Positions 11,363 through 20,215 of a stretch of DNA of 64,000 nt are shown here, one piece after another. The position numbers and the translations under genes were made by a program. How positions within the stretch are numbered: position 1 is the first letter of the stretch; every line of letters starts with the position of its first letter. The notes under the pieces are model-generated. The model was not told the origin of the DNA, made no database searches, and saw nothing but the letters and a program-made list of their open reading frames with translations. Source of the DNA: an uncultured delta proteobacterium. GTDB taxonomy: Bacteria; Desulfobacterota; RBG-13-43-22. The stretch is taken from NCBI GenBank assembly GCA_963790475.1, contig CAWBOS010000012.1, positions 1,408,001 through 1,472,000 on the forward strand. Direction: 5' to 3'.

Positions 11363-11746
11363 TCAGTCTACTCCCATCTTTTTAAATTGGGCAATAATTT
11401 CTTTTTCACTCAAGTACCCTTCATGTCGATACACTTCCTTGCCCTTTTTATCATAAAAGATTTGTGTCGGTATAACCCGGATACCGAAATGTTTGGCCTG
11501 ATCCGGGAATTTCTCGATATTAACATAAACCACGGCGGCCTTGCCCTTATAGTCTTTCTCCAGCTTGGTCATGATCGGGGTCATCATTTTACAGGGCAGG
11601 CAGTAATCGGACCCCAGGTCTACTAGATTGACCAGACCTATGACCGGGACCTCTTGAGGGCCCGCAGCCAGAACAAATCCCGTCCAGGAAAGAATAAGCG
11701 CTGCCCCAAGCAGACCGAATCCTTTTTGAATATTCTTGATAGTCAT
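11363..11746 (-). CDS. Exported thioredoxin-family protein
   Basis: Signal peptide, DLGSDYCLPCKMM, IPTQIFYD...RHEG. Confidence 0.85.
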   Translation of the reverse strand: MTIKNIQKGFGLLGAALILSWTGFVLAAGPQEVPVIGLVNLVDLGSDYCLPCKMMTPIMTKLEKDYKGKAAVVYVNIEKFPDQAKHFGIRVIPTQIFYDKKGKEVYRHEGYLSEKEIIAQFKKMGVD

Positions 11747-11769
11747 TTCTTTTCTTTCTTATCGCTTTG

Positions 11770-12705
11770 TTAAAGTAATTTCATTTGGGTCAGTCTTCTT
11801 TCTATCATCTCAAGAGGGAAAAACCCGGTATGTCTGAAAACCTCCAAGCCATCCTTGTCAAAAAAGACCTGGACCGGGATGACCTGGATCCCGAAACGAG
11901 TCGCCAAAATCTGCTCCTGCCCCACATGAATGAAAAGCACATTCAATTTTCCCGTGAATTTCTTTTTCATATCGGCCAGGATCGGGGTCATCATATCGCA
12001 GGGGGGACAACCGGGGGCCCCAAATTCAACCATAGTCGGTTTACCGGACAACCGGACTCGATCCACTGGGTTATTCAGGGCCGGGCCGCTATGTTTTTTG
12101 GCCCACTCTTCATTCATCCGGATGGGTGTTCGTTTTCCAAGAGTCAGGAAGTATTGTCGAACGGCTTCTTCTCTCTTTTGCTGGGTTAGATGCTCCCTCA
12201 ACGTCCCGCGAATCTGTTCCAGAGGAGCATTTTCCAACATTTCTTTGTTATGGGTGTAAAAATTATCTATCTCTTCCTCAGAGACGGGTTCGATCTTTAC
12301 TTTTTCAGTAAGAAGGCCCATGATCGCTCGATCTTCATCGCCCTTTTTATAACCGGCCTTTGAGGCTTCCTGAAGAAGCATCCGTTTGGTGGCTATGTTC
12401 TCAAGTAAAAAAAAGGCATTTTGGGCTAATTGCTTGCGGACAGACGGTTCGGATAGTCTGATCAGCCGGGTCATTTCCGATTCTTTGATAGTTAGATTGC
12501 CGGCGATCAACAAGGTCCCCTTAGGGAGTTTGACCAAAGTGGCTGATTTAAGGACGCCGGAAGCCAGGCCGGGATAGAGGTCTTCTACAGTCTTCTCGGG
12601 TTGACCCTGAACTGAAGAAAAGACAGGATTCAGGAAAGGGATCGAAAAAATGAATAAGAACAGCAGGAGACCGGGAACATGATTAATTTTCAAGTTAATC
12701 CTCAT
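11770..12705 (-). CDS. Exported protein with SurA-like N-terminal domain and C-terminal thioredoxin
   Basis: Signal/TM segment, helical chaperone-like region (VSEEEIDNFY), C-terminal EFGAPGCPPCDMM...IPVQVFFD...RHTG. Confidence 0.75.
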   Translation of the reverse strand: MRINLKINHVPGLLLFLFIFSIPFLNPVFSSVQGQPEKTVEDLYPGLASGVLKSATLVKLPKGTLLIAGNLTIKESEMTRLIRLSEPSVRKQLAQNAFFLLENIATKRMLLQEASKAGYKKGDEDRAIMGLLTEKVKIEPVSEEEIDNFYTHNKEMLENAPLEQIRGTLREHLTQQKREEAVRQYFLTLGKRTPIRMNEEWAKKHSGPALNNPVDRVRLSGKPTMVEFGAPGCPPCDMMTPILADMKKKFTGKLNVLFIHVGQEQILATRFGIQVIPVQVFFDKDGLEVFRHTGFFPLEMIERRLTQMKLL

Positions 12706-12804
12706 TTATTAATTCTTTCCAGAGATCGACCCGCAGCAGGATCGGCCAATCAGTTTATCTTCAAAGGGCAGGATAACTCCCTGTACCCGAACCGGAGTCC
12801 ATGG

Positions 12805-13041
12805 TCAGGAGGCTGCACTTTCTTTTAGTATTTCCTCTTTTTTGGGGATCTTCCCCATCGATTTGATTTGACCGTTCATCACGACAGCCGAAGTGCTTAT
12901 GAACCCAAAGGCCATGATTTTCATAAGGTTGGTAATTTTTTCTACTTCGGCCACTACCCCTGCTTCAGCCACGGCTTCTTTAACGATCTTTTCGGTTTGC
13001 TGACATTTGGGACATCCGGGCCCGAGAACTTTAATTTCCAT
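12805..13041 (-). CDS. Small redox-active disulfide protein (MTH895/thioredoxin-like)
   Basis: MEIKVLGPGCPKC; this family is common in ars clusters. Confidence 0.85.
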   Translation of the reverse strand: MEIKVLGPGCPKCQQTEKIVKEAVAEAGVVAEVEKITNLMKIMAFGFISTSAVVMNGQIKSMGKIPKKEEILKESAAS

Positions 13042-13054
13042 AGTAAAACTTCCT

Positions 13055-14002
13055 CTAACTACAAGTATTCCCTACTATCGTATTGGGGTTGTTTTGACAC
13101 AGGTTGCATAGTAAATCCTTTGGTCCGCAGGCCCTGCTCTCAAATTGCAAAATGGGATGGTCGATGTTGAATTTGGAAAGGAGCAGCGCCCTTACCTTTT
13201 TGGCCAGATCTTCAACCTGTCCCAGCATCTGATCCGGCACGATCACATGAGCGGCCAGGGCTATGGTGCCGGAAGAAGGATTCCAGACATGGAGGTGATG
13301 CAGACCTTCGATACCTTTCAAGGCTTCGACCTCACGTTGAATATCCTCTAGATCAATTCCGGGTGGGACGGCGTTCATTAAGATGAGTAAGGATTCTTTC
13401 AAAATACCCCAGCCGCTGTAAAGGATCAGGACTACGATAACCCAGGAGACGATGGGGTCCAGCCAATACCAGGGACGAAACAACCAAAAGAGCCCCAGCA
13501 AGGCTACCCCTAAAGAAGTAAGGGTATCGGTCAGCATATGGAGAAAGGCCCCGCGCATGTTGAGGTTTTGTCTGGCTCCGGCCTGAAGCATCCAGGTAGA
13601 AATCCCATTGGCGATCATCCCCAGAAGGGCAGCCCAGATGACCAGATTCCCCTTAATGACAGAAGGATTTTTCAAACGAACCCAGCCTTCGACGGCAATA
13701 TAAAGACCCGCCCCAAAGAGGAGGGACACATTGAAGACGGCGGCCATGACCTCCACTCGCCGGTAGCCAAAGCTCAGGGAAGTTGTAGGTCCTCGCTTCC
13801 CGATTTTCAAAGCCAGATAACTGATCAGGACGGAGGCGAAATCGCTTAGATTATGAAGGGCATCGCTGATCAAGGCCATACTGCCGGCCATGATCCCGGC
13901 TATGATCTGAACCGCCGGGATAACCAGGTTCATCATCATGGTGATGAACAAACGCTTACCCCAGGAGGTCTCCTGATTATGATTAGGATGAAGCGATTCC
14001 AT
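13055..14002 (-). CDS. Cation diffusion facilitator (CzcD/ZitB-like)
   Basis: SMALISDALHNLSD, FGYRRVE, HMLTD and HHLHVW motifs. Confidence 0.92.
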   Translation of the reverse strand: MESLHPNHNQETSWGKRLFITMMMNLVIPAVQIIAGIMAGSMALISDALHNLSDFASVLISYLALKIGKRGPTTSLSFGYRRVEVMAAVFNVSLLFGAGLYIAVEGWVRLKNPSVIKGNLVIWAALLGMIANGISTWMLQAGARQNLNMRGAFLHMLTDTLTSLGVALLGLFWLFRPWYWLDPIVSWVIVVLILYSGWGILKESLLILMNAVPPGIDLEDIQREVEALKGIEGLHHLHVWNPSSGTIALAAHVIVPDQMLGQVEDLAKKVRALLLSKFNIDHPILQFESRACGPKDLLCNLCQNNPNTIVGNTCS

Positions 14003-14035
14003 GATACACTTATTAACACTATCGATTTTAAAAAC

Positions 14036-14371
14036 TTATAGTCGGGTCATCAAACGATGCTGCTCACTGGCCTGGGCCTTCAAGAGTTTGGAAACCCCGC
14101 TCAACAGGTTCAGAATCTCGGGCGTTCTTAGCCGGTAAAGGATGCGCAGGCCATCCTTCCGTGATTCTAAAATACCGGCCTGTTTCAAGATCGAAAGATG
14201 TTTGGAAACGTTGGCCTGTTCTTGATGAATGGCCGGGAATATTTCACAGACACAACGCTCGCCCTCTCTAAGTAATTCCAGAATTTGCAGCCGGGTAGGC
14301 TGCCCCAGGGCCTTAAGAATGGATGCCTGGCCTTCCAGTATTTTTTGGTTCATTTTTCCTGATTTTTCCAT
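14036..14371 (-). CDS. ArsR/SmtB-family regulator
   Basis: KALGQPTRLQIL, ERCVCEI and VSKHLSILKQAG. Confidence 0.9.
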   Translation of the reverse strand: MEKSGKMNQKILEGQASILKALGQPTRLQILELLREGERCVCEIFPAIHQEQANVSKHLSILKQAGILESRKDGLRILYRLRTPEILNLLSGVSKLLKAQASEQHRLMTRL

Positions 14372-14386
14372 AACTACCCTACTTTA

Positions 14387-14415
14387 ATGGTAAGGTTTTT
14401 CTGAGATAGTGTCAA
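14387..14415 (-). promoter_or_regulatory. Putative sigma70 promoter for the arsR-CDF-trx operon
   Basis: TTGACA-N17-TACCAT on the minus strand just upstream of arsR. Confidence 0.55.
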
Positions 14416-14423
14416 GTCATTAT

Positions 14424-14994
14424 TTATAGAAGGGCATTGAAGATAAAACCCACCCAGGAGGATTCCCGTGGCGACTACCCCGACGAAAACAGCAACCAAC
14501 CGGGGTTTCAAAACCTTCCTTAAGATGATCGGTTCCGGTAAGGACAGACCGATGACCGCCATCATAAAAGCCAGGACCGTTCCCAGGGCCGCCCCCTTTT
14601 CCAGAAGGGCTTGGACGATGGGGATGATTCCTGCGGCATTAGAATACATGGGGACACCGAGGATTACGGCCAGAGGGATAGACCACCAGGCCTCCCGACC
14701 CATGAAAGAGGCCATAAAACCCACCGGTACATAGCCGTGAATGGCCGCCCCTACGGCAATACCGGCTGCCACATATAGCCAGACCTTACCGACGATGTCT
14801 TTGACGGCCTGCCAGGCATAGTCGATCCGGCCGGAACAGGTCATTAGGAATATTGGTGGCTGGAAGAGGTTCCAGAATCCGACCATCTGGGGAAAAAAAT
14901 AACCAGACCCTATTCCCACCAGCATGGCCAAAAAGATCCACAGGGTCAGAAAACGGTCCAGAAAAGAAAGTTTTTTAGGGGTGGGGTCGGCCAT
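14424..14994 (-). pseudogene. Chimera of Acr3 N-terminus and ArsP/DUF318 permease C-terminus
   Basis: First ~45 aa [18 protein letters not shown] match the Acr3 start. The rest ([27 protein letters not shown]) matches the ArsP permease. A frameshift lies near 14455 before GFIFNALL*. Confidence 0.8.
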
Positions 14995-15127
14995 TGGATC
15001 GGCCTCTTTTTAAAACTTTCTGGCCCCGGGTGCAAGGAGCTTAAGTTTTATATTACTACATACTAATATAGTTAAATTAGGACCGTGTCAAGAAGAAAAA
15101 GGGGTTACTGGTAGGGGATTCCTTACA

Positions 15128-15295
15128 ATGCCTCTCTTCCCGAGGATCACTACCCGTCTTCACTGGAGTTTTGCCGATCCTCCCACCTTTACCGGTACCT
15201 GGGAGGAAAAGCTGGAAAAGACCCGACAGGTCCGGGAGGCTATAAAAGAGAAAATCGCATCTTGGCTGAAGGAATTGAATAGTTCAAAGCCTTAG
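15128..15295 (+). pseudogene. arsC: Arsenate reductase ArsC (LMW-PTP type) C-terminal remnant
   Basis: PLFPRITTRLHWSFADPPTFTGTWEEKLEKTRQVREAIK matches the C-terminal half of ArsC. The catalytic CX5R loop is absent. Not in the ORF track. Confidence 0.75.
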
Positions 15296-15346
15296 GGAAA
15301 TTCCGCCCGACTCTCTGAACAAAAACTTTCGGTTTGTCAGAGAACA

Positions 15347-16223
15347 TCAGTCGCACTTCTGGTTTTCTTGGCAGAGACCCTCATCATTCGGAGGATTGAA
15401 TATGGGATTGATTTCGCCCGGGGGTGAAAGAGGCGACCCCGATCCGGAATTTCCGGATCTTGAACTTGGACCCTTTTTTGAAGTAGAAGTGTTTGGAACT
15501 GAAGGGATCGGCTTCTCTGATGATTGGCAGAGGGCAAGATAGCGGCGAATGGCCTCCTTGCCGGTCAGGATGACTTTTTCGTACCGTCCGTTCACCAAAA
15601 GGGTAGGCACACTGTTGATACCCAGGCTTTTGAGGGCTGGCGTATAATCCTTGACGAGCACCGGAGTGATTTCGAGCTTGTTTTTGTTGATCTCTTCCTT
15701 GATCTCCGAGCAATACCGGCATTCCTCACTATAGAAAAGTATCATTTTTTTGTCGGACGGAATGGTCGTAACTCGCGGTGGCAGGACGAGCCCGACAAAA
15801 CTAAGGACCAGGGCGAATGCGGCGAAGCCGGCCGCCGTCTCTTTCCAACCCGCCATCCACCGCAGGAGGCCGAGAATAAGAAAAAGACCGAACACGCTTA
15901 AACAGAATGGGCACATTTCCGGCAGCCAGAATATCTGGTAGCCGACAAAAAATCCCTCGGTGGCCAGGGCGGCGATGAGGGCGAGGTTGATTGCCGAGTC
16001 GAGCAGCCTGCTTTGGCGCCGCAGGTTCAAACCGGACAATAGAGCCAGGAGGCCGAGGGCAATAAATCCGATAAGGACCGTCGAGAGATCGCCGAAGCGT
16101 GCCATCTGGGCCACCGAGACCGCAACCTTCGGAGACGCAAACGCTCCTGCCGAAAAGCTGAAGCCCTGCTTCCACCAGCAGATACAGGGAGCCCAGGACG
16201 GTGACGATAAAAAAATATTTCAT
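15347..16223 (-). CDS. VKOR-like membrane protein fused to a glutaredoxin-like domain (frameshift ~16115)
   Basis: CVSEGC loop, TM CPFC motif, downstream CRYC and SVPTL; two overlapping ORFs join. Confidence 0.65.
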
Positions 16224-16271
16224 ATGTCCATGCCTTCCGTTCATTCCATTCTCCTTAGTCGAATGATATAA

Positions 16272-16300
16272 ATTTTATGATCCTAACTGATTAATGTCAA
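16272..16300 (-). promoter_or_regulatory. Putative sigma70 promoter
   Basis: TTGACA-N17-TAAAAT upstream of the VKOR-like gene. Confidence 0.6.
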
Positions 16301-16495
16301 ATCTAAATTTTGAATCCCGTTCCACCTCAGGTCCTGAAGGAGCTATTTGGGAGTTTACAGACGCCCTTTTTTTTAGTAATAGGATACAGCCTATCTAAAT
16401 TGCGGATTGCGGATTACTGAATTTGAAATGAGGCCTTTGGAAATCTGAGGGATTTTGGAAAATGAGTAAGCATGAGATTGTGAACTGAATAGCCT

Positions 16496-18613
16496 ATGGG
16501 GAAAATCGATTATCAAAACAATCTGAACCAGGCCCAACTGGAGGCGGTTTTTTCTCCCGATGGCCCGACCTTGATCATCGCCGGAGCCGGAAGCGGGAAG
16601 ACCCGGACTCTGGTTTATCGGGTGGCCTGGCTGGTGGAAAACGGTATTCCTCCGGGAAGGATACTTCTGTTGACTTTTACCCGCAAGGCCTCCCAGGAGA
16701 TGCTTCATCGGGTAGAAGAAATGCTTAACCGATCCTGCCGGGAGGTGGCCGGAGGGACCTTTCATGCCCTGGCCTATAAAATCTTAAGGACTTATGGGTC
16801 GGCTATCGGTCTTAAAAGACCATTGACGGTAATGGATCGCAAAGACAGTGAAGATCTGGTTGGAAAAATCATCAAGGCCAAACGCTGGGATAAAGAGAAG
16901 GATAACCCGGACAAAAAGGAATTCCTGGAACTGCTTAGCCGGTTTGTCAACAAGGGGTTGACCTTCGAAGAGGGGTTATCCAAATCCTTTTTTGAGAACG
17001 GCATTTCTCTGTCCAAGCTCAAAGAGGTGAACCGGGACTATGAAGCATTAAAAAGACAACACGGACTATTGGATTATGATGACCTGTTGAGTCATTGTCT
17101 GCATCTTTTCCGGCAGGAAACCGGGATAGTTCAGAAATTATCCTCTTTTTATCAATATGTCCTGGTGGATGAATATCAGGATACCAACCTGCTTCAGGCC
17201 GAGATGGTCCGTTACCTGGCCCGGGGTAACATCATGGTGGTGGGTGATGATTCCCAATCGATCTATGGGTTTCGCGGGGCGCACTTTAAGAATATTCTGG
17301 ACTTCCCGCATCAGTTTCCCGGGACCCGGGTGATCAAAATGGAAGAGAATTTTCGAAGCTCTCAACCGATTCTGAATTTGGCCAACCGCATGATCAGTTA
17401 TTCCAAGGAACGGTACAGCAAATGCCTATTTTCCCGTTTCAAAAAAGGGGAGCCTCCCTGCTGTATCGAGCTGCCTTACGAAGAATCCCAGTCTCAATAT
17501 GTGACCCGGCAGCTTCAGGAATTTCATGGCCAGGGGATCCCCTGGGAGGAAATGGCCGTTCTTTTCCGGGCCGGCCATCATTCGTTTAATCTGGAGGTTT
17601 TTCTACAAAAAGAGGGCATTCCCTTTAAAAAATACGGGGGCCGTCGTTTTGTCGAAGGGGCTCATATTAAGGATTTTCTGTCCTACTTAAAGGTGATCCA
17701 TAACCCCCTGGATGTCCTGGCCTGGGAAAGGATCCTAAAACTCCTGGAAGGGTTTGGCTCCAAAAGGGCCCAGGATATAATTGGGCAAATGACGGTCTGT
17801 TCGGACTGGACCTCCAGACTGGAATGCCTCACCGGGTATCCCCGCTTGAAATTCCAACTGGATGAATTTTCCGGCCTGTTCCAAAGGCTGATCGATCAAC
17901 CTCAGCTGACGCCCACACAAGCCCTGGAGACGATCTGGGAGTATTATAAAAACCTTCTGCCCGGTTTATATGAAGAGCCTCAGCGAAGGCAAAAAGAGAT
18001 CGAAGAAATCATTCGAGTCAGCTATAATTACACTGAGACGGAAACCTTGTTGGGGGATTTGAGCCTGGAGGTTTATGAAGAGCCGGACGGCCACGAGAAA
18101 GACCAGTTGACCCTTTCTACGGTCCATTCGGCCAAAGGATTGGAATGGAAGGTTGTCTTTATCATCTGGCTGACCGAGGGCCGATTTCCTTCCTCCCAAT
18201 CGATGATGAACCCGGAGGAAATGGAAGAGGAAAGACGGCTGCTCTATGTGGCCATCACCCGGGCCAAGGAGAGGCTTTTTTTGACTTACCCGGAGTCCCT
18301 TTCCAACAGAGGCGGAGGCTGGCAAAAGAATGACCTGTGTCATTTTATCGCTGATATTCCTGAGGGCCTGCTGTCGAGAAGGGGGGGGCAGGTTCCTAAT
18401 CATTCGCCGCAGATTTCTTCGCCCTATGTCAGTCCCATTCCTAAAGAAGACGATGACGGTTTTTCAAAAGGGACCAAGGTCTTTCATCCCCTCTTCGGCA
18501 ATGGGGTGATCCAAGAACCCCCAAAGGAGAGAAAGGTTAGAGTTCTTTTTAAACGTTATGGGTCCAAGGTCTTGCACTTGGATTATGCCCGTTTGGAAAA
18601 GGGAGATACTTGA
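16496..18613 (+). CDS. UvrD/PcrA-family ATP-dependent DNA helicase
   Basis: AGAGSGKT, VDEYQD, VGDDSQSIYGFRGA, STVHSAKGLEW and EERRLLYVAITRA motifs, plus a C-terminal Tudor-like domain (VFHPLFG). Confidence 0.95.
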   Translation: MGKIDYQNNLNQAQLEAVFSPDGPTLIIAGAGSGKTRTLVYRVAWLVENGIPPGRILLLTFTRKASQEMLHRVEEMLNRSCREVAGGTFHALAYKILRTYGSAIGLKRPLTVMDRKDSEDLVGKIIKAKRWDKEKDNPDKKEFLELLSRFVNKGLTFEEGLSKSFFENGISLSKLKEVNRDYEALKRQHGLLDYDDLLSHCLHLFRQETGIVQKLSSFYQYVLVDEYQDTNLLQAEMVRYLARGNIMVVGDDSQSIYGFRGAHFKNILDFPHQFPGTRVIKMEENFRSSQPILNLANRMISYSKERYSKCLFSRFKKGEPPCCIELPYEESQSQYVTRQLQEFHGQGIPWEEMAVLFRAGHHSFNLEVFLQKEGIPFKKYGGRRFVEGAHIKDFLSYLKVIHNPLDVLAWERILKLLEGFGSKRAQDIIGQMTVCSDWTSRLECLTGYPRLKFQLDEFSGLFQRLIDQPQLTPTQALETIWEYYKNLLPGLYEEPQRRQKEIEEIIRVSYNYTETETLLGDLSLEVYEEPDGHEKDQLTLSTVHSAKGLEWKVVFIIWLTEGRFPSSQSMMNPEEMEEERRLLYVAITRAKERLFLTYPESLSNRGGGWQKNDLCHFIADIPEGLLSRRGGQVPNHSPQISSPYVSPIPKEDDDGFSKGTKVFHPLFGNGVIQEPPKERKVRVLFKRYGSKVLHLDYARLEKGDT

Positions 18614-18614
18614 C

Positions 18615-20096
18615 ATGGCGGGTCGGCCTTTTGAGCGATTGAGTTATGACCGGGAATATGATCAGGCCCTGTCCTATTTGTATAATTTGCAAAAATTCGG
18701 GATCAAATTCGGCCTGTCCAAAACCGAAAACCTGCTGAAGGCTTTCAATAATCCTCATCGGGAACTAAACTGTCTGCATATCGGAGGTTCCAACGGTAAA
18801 GGCTCGGTGGCGGCCATGCTGGCATCCATATATAGCAGGTCCGGTTACAAAGTCGGATTATTTACCTCGCCCCATTTGGTCGATTTTCGGGAAAGATTTC
18901 AAATAAACGGCCGTTTGATTTCCAAAGCCCAAACCCTGGGGCTGATCAAAGAGATCAAAGAAAAAGCTCTTGAGGAGGAACCCCCCACATTTTTCGAATT
19001 CGTAACCGCCATGGCCTTAATCTATTTTTCCCGGGAAAAGGTGGACCTGGCCATTATGGAAGTGGGGCTTGGCGGGAGATTGGACGCCACCAATATCATC
19101 AACCCCCTGATAACGGTTATTACTACTATCTCTTTGGAGCACCAAGACTATCTGGGGAAGACCCTGGAAAGCATTGCCTGGGAAAAAGCCGGGATCATTA
19201 AACCGGGGGTGCCTTTAATAACCGGGGTGGACCAAAAAAAGGTGCAGGAGCAGATCGAAAAAATCTGCCGGGAAAGACAAGTCCCGATGTTTCTGGCCGG
19301 AAGGGACTTTAGAACGAGAAAACTGAATAATGGGAATTTCAATTATTATGGAATGACTGAGGGTCAGTTCGGAGTTCGGAGTTCGGAGTTCGGAGCGGGA
19401 AAGGATTCAAGACTCGGGGTGAAAGATGCAAGATGGACAAAGGGCGAAGGACGAGAGAGGCTGAATCCGTTTTCACTCCCACGGAACTCCAAACTCCGAA
19501 CTCCGAACTTGACTTCGTCACTCGTCACTCGTCACTCGTCACTCCATTTGGGTTTGCTCGGCGATCATCAGATCAAGAATGCCGGCCTGGCTTTGACTGC
19601 CATTGATCTGTTGCAGGATAAGTATCCTGTCCCGGAAGAGAAAATCCGGGACGGCCTCTCCAAAGTGAACTGGCCGGGGAGGATGGAGGTGCTGTCCGAA
19701 AGGCCCCGGATCGTCCTGGATGGGGCCCATAATCCCGGGGCCATGAGAACCCTGGCCGAAACCCTTCCCAGGAGCTTTTCTTACCATAAAGTGTTGCTGG
19801 TCTTCGGTATGATGAAGGATAAAAATCTCAAACAGACCCTTAACTATATAACTCCCCTGGCCAACCGTATTTTTTTAACCCGGGCCGAATATGACCGGTC
19901 GGCCGATCCTGAAGACTTAAACAAATTCTTAGTAGGGAAAAAACCTCGCCCCCGTATTTTTCCGACTGTCCCGCAGGCCATCACCCAGGCCATGAGGGAG
20001 GCCGGTCCGGAGGATTTAATATTAATTACCGGTTCACTTTTTGTGGTCGGGGAGGCCCTGGCCTGGTGGGGGAGAAACAGGCGATCCTTTAAATAA
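18615..20096 (+). CDS. folC: Folylpolyglutamate synthase/dihydrofolate synthase with a ~55-aa repeat-derived insertion
   Basis: GGSNGKGS, TSPHL, EVGLGGRLDATN, WPGRME, LDGAHNP and TGSLF motifs. Confidence 0.95.
   Translation: MAGRPFERLSYDREYDQALSYLYNLQKFGIKFGLSKTENLLKAFNNPHRELNCLHIGGSNGKGSVAAMLASIYSRSGYKVGLFTSPHLVDFRERFQINGRLISKAQTLGLIKEIKEKALEEEPPTFFEFVTAMALIYFSREKVDLAIMEVGLGGRLDATNIINPLITVITTISLEHQDYLGKTLESIAWEKAGIIKPGVPLITGVDQKKVQEQIEKICRERQVPMFLAGRDFRTRKLNNGNFNYYGMTEGQFGVRSSEFGAGKDSRLGVKDARWTKGEGRERLNPFSLPRNSKLRTPNLTSSLVTRHSSLHLGLLGDHQIKNAGLALTAIDLLQDKYPVPEEKIRDGLSKVNWPGRMEVLSERPRIVLDGAHNPGAMRTLAETLPRSFSYHKVLLVFGMMKDKNLKQTLNYITPLANRIFLTRAEYDRSADPEDLNKFLVGKKPRPRIFPTVPQAITQAMREAGPEDLILITGSLFVVGEALAWWGRNRRSFK
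19366..19542. repeat. Inverted heptamer arrays inside folC
   Basis: (AGTTCGG)x4 at 19366-19393, its reverse complement (CCGAACT)x4 imperfect at 19482-19509, and (TCGTCAC)x4 at 19515-19542. Confidence 0.9.
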
Positions 20097-20215
20097 ATCG
20101 TAACCTTATTTGTGTATTGACAAGGGTCTTGAGTTATGTAATTAATAATACGGAATTCCGGCTTTTATTGGAATGACCCAAAAAGAAAATTCGACTTTTT
20201 TCGATTTCATCGACT

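Noticed and set aside
11363-13041. Selenoproteins among the thioredoxin-like genes
   Set aside because: All CxxC motifs are encoded by Cys codons; no in-frame TGA at redox sites.
19356-19545. folC insertion as an intein or intron
   Set aside because: No N-terminal Cys/Ser block or His-Asn end, no group I/II intron motifs, and it is built from simple repeats.
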